Shown here one piece after another: positions 56,220-64,000 of a stretch of DNA of 64,000 nucleotides. How positions within the stretch are numbered: position 1 is the first letter of the stretch; every line of letters begins with the position of its first letter. This DNA comes from Azolla caroliniana (Eukaryota; Plantae; Polypodiophyta). The position numbers were made by a program, and so were the translations under genes. The notes under the pieces were generated by a model. The model had not been told where the DNA came from. It was given only the letters and a program-made list of their open reading frames with translations, and searched no databases. The stretch lies in NCBI GenBank assembly GCA_043228905.1, contig JBHGNT010000011.1, forward strand, positions 4,030,001 to 4,094,000. Direction: 5' to 3'.

Positions 56220-59200
56220 TGTAAAAAGCAATAGCATGCGGAAGCAATAGAAAACTGAAAACAAAAACGCAGGTTTAATGGAGAGCTTGAATATACACAG
56301 TACGCGGGAGAGACAAAGATAGAACAAAACAACTTAAATCTATTATCAAAACAATAATAGTTCTCTGTACATACAACGTGCTCAACAACACTATTTATAC
56401 AAGTCCTAAGAGGACTGATAGAAGTACGGTGTACTTCAATGCTCATACGACCATCTGACACTAACTACGAGACATTAACTACCTAGTAGTCTAGGCTACT
56501 ACTAGGCTTCTGGTTACTGCTAGATCCGGCAAACCGGTTCCCCAGCTCACCGGCTCACCGATTCGGCTCATCCTTCTAAATACCAATCCAGCTCAGGCTT
56601 ATTCGGCCGATCCGGATCCGGTTGATCTTGCTACTCAATACTCCCCCTCAAGCTCAACTTGAGGTCGGATCGTAGTGTTAGTCTCCATTCCAGTTGGTCC
56701 TTCCACCCGCCTCCTTCTGGCGTCACTCCGCCTCGCTCGCGCTCCTCATCCGGTCCGGTCCCGTTTGCCGCGACCCTTCTAATTCTGCGCACCTCGACCT
56801 CCTCGGTCGGCTTGTCTGCTCAACAGGCCCAATTCAGCTCCCTCGCTGCTGTGACTTCGACGCTTACCGATTCGCCGATTCCTTCGTGTTGGCGTCAACT
56901 TTCTCTACCTTCTCATCCTCTTGGCCTTGAATTGATCCGGTTTTTCCGAATCTGTCAGTTGAACCGAATCGGTTGTCTCTGTTTCGTTCCAACTCTTGTC
57001 CGAATCGGTCACTCCTAATTCGTCTTCCGGTTCCAGGCCCTTCACCACATCGGACCATGTCCGGGTCTTGGCCTTCTTCTTCTGGTCGGTTCTGTCCTTC
57101 TTGACTCTACCGCCGTTGCGGTTTGCTCCGACTAGTTCGGATGTGTCGACTTCCTTTGTCGACTCGGCTTCCTTTTCCTTCTTGTCTCTCCCTTTGTCGG
57201 TTCGTCCCTCACCGGCGCAGTCGGCAGTCTCTTTGCCTTTGCCCGTTCCGATGTCTTTGCCCGTTCTCCCCCTCAAGTGTGGCACGTCGAGATGCTAAAC
57301 ACCAAGCACTTCGGTGAAGTGTTTCAACTTGTCCGATCCAAGCGGTTTGGTGAAGATGTTGGCAACTTGCCGATCCGTATGAACATACCGAAGTTCGACT
57401 TCACCGCTCAGGACACGCTCACGCACAAAGTGGTAGTGCACTTCTATGTGCTTTGTGCGAGCATGGAATACGGGGTTCTTGGTGAGTTGCATGTTGCTAA
57501 TGTTGTCGACTAGCTCTTCGGTTATACCATGCCGGTATAATAGTCCCCAGTCCTTTGTGATGCTCACATATCACAAAATGTGATGCATGCACAGAAGGTG
57601 CTCCACGGTCGGCTTTTGCATATATTGGTTGATCAGGCCGACCAGATAACTGATGTCAGGTCGGGTGATTGTCAAATATATAACGCTTCCGACGATTTGT
57701 CGGAACCGCTTCTCATCGCGGGCTGGTCCGGAGTCGGGACGAAACTTCAGGTTCCCGTCCAGGGGTGTGGAGATCGGTCGACATTCCATCATGCCGAATT
57801 TGTATAGCATACTCAACACATAGTTTCTTTGGGAGAGCAATATGCCATCGGGGGTTCGAATCACCTTGATCCCAAGGAAGTAGTGAAGGTCCCCCAGGTC
57901 CTTCATCTCAAATGCGTCCGATAGTTGGGACTTGACTTGGCTGATTTCATCGAGTCTGGCTCCAGTGATGACTAGATCATCAACATATAGCAAGATGCAA
58001 ACTAGACCGTCCAGACCTTGCCGGATGAACAACGAAGAGTCGGACTTGGAGGCCGCAAATCCCATCTTACGCAACCGGTGCATGATCTTCGCATTCCAAG
58101 CTCGGGGGGCTTGCTTCAGGCCATAAAGTGACTTCTTTAGCCGGCATACCGCCGATTTATTCATCTCCAATTGGAAACTAGGGGGTTGGTTCATGAAGAC
58201 CTCTTCTTCAAGATCGCCTTGAAGAAATGCATTCTTCACGTCCATCTGGTGAAGATTCCACCCCCTTGCCGCAACAACCGCCAGCACCACACGAACCGTC
58301 GCCATCTTCGCTACCGAAGCGAAGGTCTCGCCGTAGTCGACTCCGTGGGTCTGCGCATATGCCTTCGCCACTAACCGGACCTTGTACCGGTTAACCGAAC
58401 CGTCGGCATTGTACTTTACCTTGTACACCCACTTACATCTGATCAGTTTACAGTGTCGAGGAGGGTCAACTAGGTCCCATGTGTCGTTGGCATCAAGTGC
58501 CCGCATTTCTTCCTCCATAGCGGTACACCAATTTGCATTCTTTGCCGCTTCTGTGTAGCTCTCCAGCTCATGCACTTCTGCCACCTTGGTCATGTACGCA
58601 TAGTGATGCGCCATGTACTCATTGTACCCATACTACTTCACGAGGTTCTTCTGGCGGGAAGACCGGCGTAACTTATCATTAGCCGGTTTGAGGCCCTTCT
58701 TGGCCGGTTCGGTCTTCGTTGCCGAAGATCTGCCTTCGTCTTTTTCAGAGTCGGATCCACTCCAATCCGACTCACAGTTGACGGTCTCGTGCTCCAGCAT
58801 CTTCTCTTCCCCTTTTCCTTGCGCGTGAACCATTGCCTCAGTTGCTTGCGGGGGGAGAGCACGGCAGAGTCTCCACTACTCGCCGGTTCACCATCCGACT
58901 AGTCTGTCAGACCCAATCACTCGTTCGGCCCGCTCAACCGAAACGATTCCAGACTCTCATCTAGAGTCTCGAACCCGTCGTCCTCTACCTAGACCGGTTC
59001 AGGCTCACTATCCTCATCCTCTGGTATCGGGTCAGGGTCGGAAGTCGGAGCCGGTAAGGCATACCATGATGCAGTCTCATCAAACTCAACATCCCGGCTA
59101 ACTCGGGCCTACTTCGTCCGGGGGTTATAACACTTATACCCCTTTTGCTCATGCGAGTAACTGACCAAAATGCATTTCTCCGACTTTGCATCCAACTTCC

Positions 59201-60712
59201 TCCGCTTCTCATCCGGCACATGCACATATGCAATGCTACCGAGTATCCAAAGGTGTCTCAAATTCGGCTTGTACCCGAAATACAGCTCATGCGCGGACAC
59301 CTTGTCACTGATCCGGTTTTGGATATAGATGGTCGTCCGAACCGCCTCAGCCCAATAGAATTTGGGCATGCTCTTCTCCTCCAACATCGCCCTTGTCGCG
59401 TCGATAATCAACCAGTTCTTCCTCTCGGCCACACCATTTTGCTCCGGTGTGTATCTACAGCTGAACTCTCTCCGAATTCCTTTTTGTTGTAGATAACTGT
59501 TGAATTGGCCGGAAAAATATTCTTTTTCCGCCATCCGACTGCAGGCACTTGATCTTCCTCTCCGTTTCCTGTTCAACCAGGCTTTGTAGGTTACGGAAAC
59601 ACTTGAAGACTTCTCTCTTCCGCTTAATGAGGTAGATCCAGGTGTGCCGGCTATAGTCGTCGATGAAGGAGACGAAGTATCGACTCCCGCCAAGACCAAC
59701 GTTTTGTGCCGGTCCCCATACATCCGAATGAATAAGGTCGAGCTTGTTATGGCTACGGTTTCATTCAGTGGGGAATGGAAGCCGGGTTGCTTCCTGAGTT
59801 GGCAGGCTTCACATATTTGGGCCTTCCGTCCACTGAATTTCAGCAAACCGAAAACAACTTGTTTCGTTTGCAAGTCTTCAAGCCTCCGGTAATTGACGTG
59901 GCCAATCCGCTTGTGCCAAAGATCAATATTTGATTCAACCTTCTGTCCTTTGGCGAACAAAGCGGTGCCAATGTCATTGGTGTCACGGATGAACATCCTA
60001 CCATCTCTACGCCCTTACGCAATAATCTGGCCCTCTTCCTCGATGAAGCACCCAAGGTGCGTAAACCGCACTTGCATCCCCTGGTCAACGATCTAACCGA
60101 CTGACACCAGGTTCTTCGTGATAGTTGGAACGTGTAATACATTCATCAACTTCCCCCTCGGTCCGATGTGGCTCAAAGGAACTTCTCCGACATGCATGAT
60201 TGGGTGACGAGTGTCATCTTTGGTTTCGACGACTCCCGGTTGTTCCCGTTTCTCCAAGAAGGAGAACCACTCTTTGTGGCTCGTCATGTGATTCGATGCA
60301 CCAGAATCAATGTACCACACTTCCTCTGATTTGGAAGTGTTCTTCTTCATTGAGTTAACCTCATGTTTCATCACCAAGGCTGGCCCTTTACCGGCTTTTC
60401 CGGTTTGGATCCTCCCGATCCTTCTCCGTAGTGTGAGTATTGTCGGTTCTCTCTGTCAGGCTTGCCGGATCCGGATCTGTCTGAATCGGCGCGCTTCTTC
60501 CAGCACTTGCTTTCTTTGTGGCCCTTTTTACCACAGTACCAGCATTCTGTGTCGGCCTTTGCTTGCCATCCTCCGGCGCCGCCTTGACTCCCCCTGCTTG
60601 TCGAGGGTTCGAAACTGTTGTTGGCACGCTCTCCATGCCTTCGGTCCTGCTCTTGCCAGCCGCTACCATTGCAAGCCAACCCGCCTCGTCCACCACACCC
60701 ACGGGGCTGATC
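56220..60712 (-). mobile_element. Ty1/Copia element (3' LTR, PPT, RH, RT, IN, PR, gag zinc knuckle), 5' part deleted
   Basis: LTR 56220-56640, PPT 56641-56651, RH HARTKHIEVHYH, RT LLYVDD (57571-58614), IN QNGVAER, PR WYIDSGASNHM, CWYCGKKGHKESKC. Confidence 0.93.
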
Positions 60713-63700
60713 CGCCCCATAGAGAAGAACCGAGGTCACCAAAGTGTCAAAAAGATATTTCTTGATGACCCAACGCTTAATATCTCCAAGATTGCATGTG
60801 TTCTCAAATGCATGATATGCTCGCTTACCCGCCTCTAAGCGGCGTATAGCACATTCATTCCATTTATGATTTGAAGGAACGTCAAGGCCAAGATATTTGA
60901 AGCTTTCCACACATTCAAGTGGCTCGTTGTTGTACATAATGCATGGTTTATCTCTGTTTTGACTCTTCACAAGCATAATCTTTGTTTTAGAGCTATTGAC
61001 ACTTAATCTAGTATGCATGAAAAAAATTTCCAATGCCTTCATAAGCTTTTGTGCATCTCCTGAAGTATTTGCAAAAAGCACTACATCATCCGCATATAAC
61101 AAAAGCATAATCACAACATTCCCAATGGCAACTTCTTCAACACATTCTTCCTTTACAAACTTGGTAACCATTTCTTCTAATTCATCAATGCATAGACCAA
61201 ATAATGTTGATGAGAGTGGGCATCCTTGCTTAACACCAATAGTGCTATTGAAAAAATCTGAAAGTCTAACTCTCATACGCACACAACATATAACCTTCTC
61301 ATATATTCAGGAAATTGCAAGCATATATTCACTTGGCACCTCAAGTTCTTCCATCCGCCTCCAAAGATGCTCACGAGGTACCATATCAAAAGCTTTCTTG
61401 AAGTCTACAAAGCAACCAATATAAACCTTTACCTCTAAGGCGACTTTCCTCCATTAATACTCGAAGAGTGACAAGATGATCAATGGTGCTATGGTGTTTT
61501 CGAAAACCGGCTTGTCCATAAGCTCTCTTACCATTTTTTCTGCCCATACATCCAAATAGTTTTGATTCCATTATACATCCAAATAGTTTTGCCATTAATG
61601 AGCCAACCATGACGGTTCGATAGTTGTTTACATTGTTTACATCTCCGCCTTTATGTAAAGGTTTGATCCAATTTGTAGTCCAATCGTATGGCATACCATG
61701 TTGCAATGCATCATTAAACATATCACATATCTATATATGTGCTTCCTTTCCCGTCCATTTGAGCATTTCAGCTTTTATACATTGAAGATCGCTTGCCTTT
61801 CGAGAGGCCAATTTCTTAAGTCCTATGCATATATCTTCAATTGTAAAGAAGGGAGCCATATGTGAAAGAGAACCATAACAAATCATCTTTCCGGCAAGAG
61901 ATAACTCATATAAATTCTTACAATGCATAGACAAGTCATGAAGAGTTAAGTCACCATAACTCTCAATACGTTTCCCCTTTAGATTTCTCCAAAATTTAGC
62001 ACATGCATGTGCTTTCTCTTGCATTTGGAGAAGTTGTTGAGTAACTTCCCATATGAAGTTGTTGAGTAACTTCCCATATTCGTCTCTTTCTTTGAATAAG
62101 CCTTTTATAGTCATGCAAATGCTTTTGGTAATTTTCTTTATCCTTAACTACATCCAAAACCATAAGGCACTTTCGAGCTTCATGACATTCTTTATCAAAC
62201 CATTTTTTCTTACATTTCTTGGTGCATTTCCATGATGTGCGGTTGGTCGAAACACATTTATTTGTACAAGAGAGAATGGAATTCTTAAAAGCTTCCCATT
62301 TGCATTCTAGTGTGGCACCATGTTGTGTCTTTGTCATTTGTAACTTATCCTCAACCATCTTGGAATACATGGGCGCTCACTTAAGATTCATGCTCAAGTG
62401 CATTTGTTTACTATCTTCAATGACCTTCTCGCAATCAAACCTATGCATACATTTGAGATCAATACATAAATTCCTATGATCGGATTCCGGTGTCCATTCC
62501 CCCAATGAGAATTTATGTATACGATCCAAAATACCTTCGGAAAGTAGCACATAGTCAATCACACTATTTCCATTGTGTTTTCTACATGTAAAGCCGTTAG
62601 TATTGGGCCATAAGGAAACACCATTTGCAATAAGAAATCTGGTACTATTGCACATTTGTAGGAGTAGTTTCCCAATTGGTCCGGATCTTTTTCATCGCTA
62701 GAAGATCGACTATACATTTGCATATCCTCTTGCATCCTTAAGATATGTGGCATGAAAGATTCTTGTGAATCAAGTTGGAAACTTCTTGTACGAGCATTCA
62801 TGTCACCAAAGACAATAACTTCCCCGTTGGATTTGAAATAAGCAATATCATCTTCTAGATTTGCAAAAGGATGATCTTTATCCAAACAAGCATAGAAGTT
62901 AGAATCTTGATGAGGAATGTAACATCCAATGACAAAAGTGGGCAAATCATAAGGTGTTTCTATTTTGAGCCATATGTAGCATTTATGTTCATCATTTTTT
63001 ATGATTGACACATATTTCTCTATTTCCTTCTTAATCAAACATGCCACCCCTCCTTGTCCTCTTCTTTGTCTTGGATTTTTCTCCCATATCAAAGAGTGTA
63101 CATTATAGTTTCCTAAACCTTGAATCCTTTGAGTATCATGCTCCCATGTTTCAACAAGAAGTGTGATATCCGAGTCATCGATAAACTCCTCTATGCCAAA
63201 TCCCCCATTCCATGGATATCCATTGCAATTCCAAAAACATAGTAGTAAAAGACGTGGTTTAGTCTCATAGGTCACGTGTCCCTATTTGCCTACATTTCCA
63301 TCTTTAAGCACATCCTTAACCTTTTTTTCAATCTTTCTTCATATGCTTTACGACGGGCATTTTGTTGTGGGATAGTACGATCTTCACTCACAACACATTG
63401 CGTACCTTTGAGGTATACCCAACTATTTTCAAGTATGATCCACCGCTTTGTATCATCTGTCATTGTGCATACAATGGGCCTTTCTCCGGAGCAAGTAACA
63501 CCATGTTTCCCAACTCGGTGTGCCCCATATACATTCGCATCCGACATCCCATAATGCATGCTAAAAAATTCACGAATGGCCTTTCCAAGGGAAGCGAGTG
63601 TTTCCATACTCTCCTCTTTAATCCCACGAATAACAATGTTTTTTTATCTTCATTCACACACTTTCAATTCTCGGGCATCTATGCTTTCTATATTCTTCTC

Positions 63701-64000
63701 TTGATGCATCACATGCATATTAGATGAGTTTGATACCCCATCCCCACCACATAAATTGGCCCATGATTTCGTTGTGCATACATTTTTCATCTCACTTACA
63801 TCCCGCCTCATCGTGTCTAATTTTTCTTCGTTTAATGCTTCCTTTAACTCATTTGTTTCGAAAGAAGCTCTTTTACATTCTTGAATCTCTTCTTCAAGTT
63901 TTGCAACCACTTTCTTAAGAATTTTATTCTCAATGACAATAGTTTGGAGCTTAGCATTCTCTTTCATTAACATCCTAATCTCTTCACCTTGCTTGTTTAT
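60713..64000 (-). mobile_element. Degenerate LINE: ORF1 (63290 to window end) and ORF2 AP-endonuclease plus RT, 3' end deleted
   Basis: EN motifs WNCNG, VETW, GGVA, GDMNA, IDY, SDH. RT motifs QAGFR, GVKQGCPLS, LLYADD, FKYLG. ORF1 has a coiled coil plus HRVG...RPI...SEDRT. AT-rich compared with the LTR elements. Confidence 0.92.

Noticed and set aside
57295-57303. SIRE-type stop-codon readthrough into an env-like ORF
   Set aside because: The context is TAG CAT CTC rather than CARYYA, the downstream ORF has no hydrophobic segment and the element has many other decay stops.
62029-62078. 25-bp tandem duplication in LINE ORF2 (and a similar one near 61548-61591)
   Set aside because: These are ordinary post-insertion slippage or repair duplications in a dead element.

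Overview
The window is a fully repetitive, deeply nested retrotransposon cluster with no host gene. The Tcn1-type chromovirus, plant-type tRNA primer sites and heavy C>T/G>A decay point to a non-seed land plant such as a fern or bryophyte (inference). Nesting was rebuilt from LTR pairs and target-site duplications (TSDs). An old + strand Ty3/Gypsy element 'O' (1-1552, 7318-7494, 50192-50545) holds (i) an intact Tcn1-like chromovirus with identical LTRs (1553-7312, TSD GACGA) and (ii) a tRNA-Trp-primed Gypsy 'A' (7495-50187, 4-bp TSD CCGT). A contains non-autonomous 'D' (9515-39192) and truncated 'G' (40535-48240). D contains 'C' (9669-28891, TSD GTAAC) and non-autonomous 'E' (30018-35079). C contains the young element 'B' (12112-21954, TSD TACGT). 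The last 14 kb is a deletion-spliced mosaic of Copia fragments, a Trp-primed Gypsy 'H', a minus-strand Copia and a LINE. Most notable: B and C have no polypurine tract and carry a tRNA-Arg 3'-end mimic ending in CCA two bases from the 3' LTR; the Trp-primed family makes 4-bp TSDs centred on CpG; the chromovirus shows a self-priming PBS, a frameshift pseudoknot and 12 TAGTACTA palindromes; B encodes an intact 980-aa extra ORF. All calls are by eye and tRNA assignments rest on recalled plant tRNA sequences.
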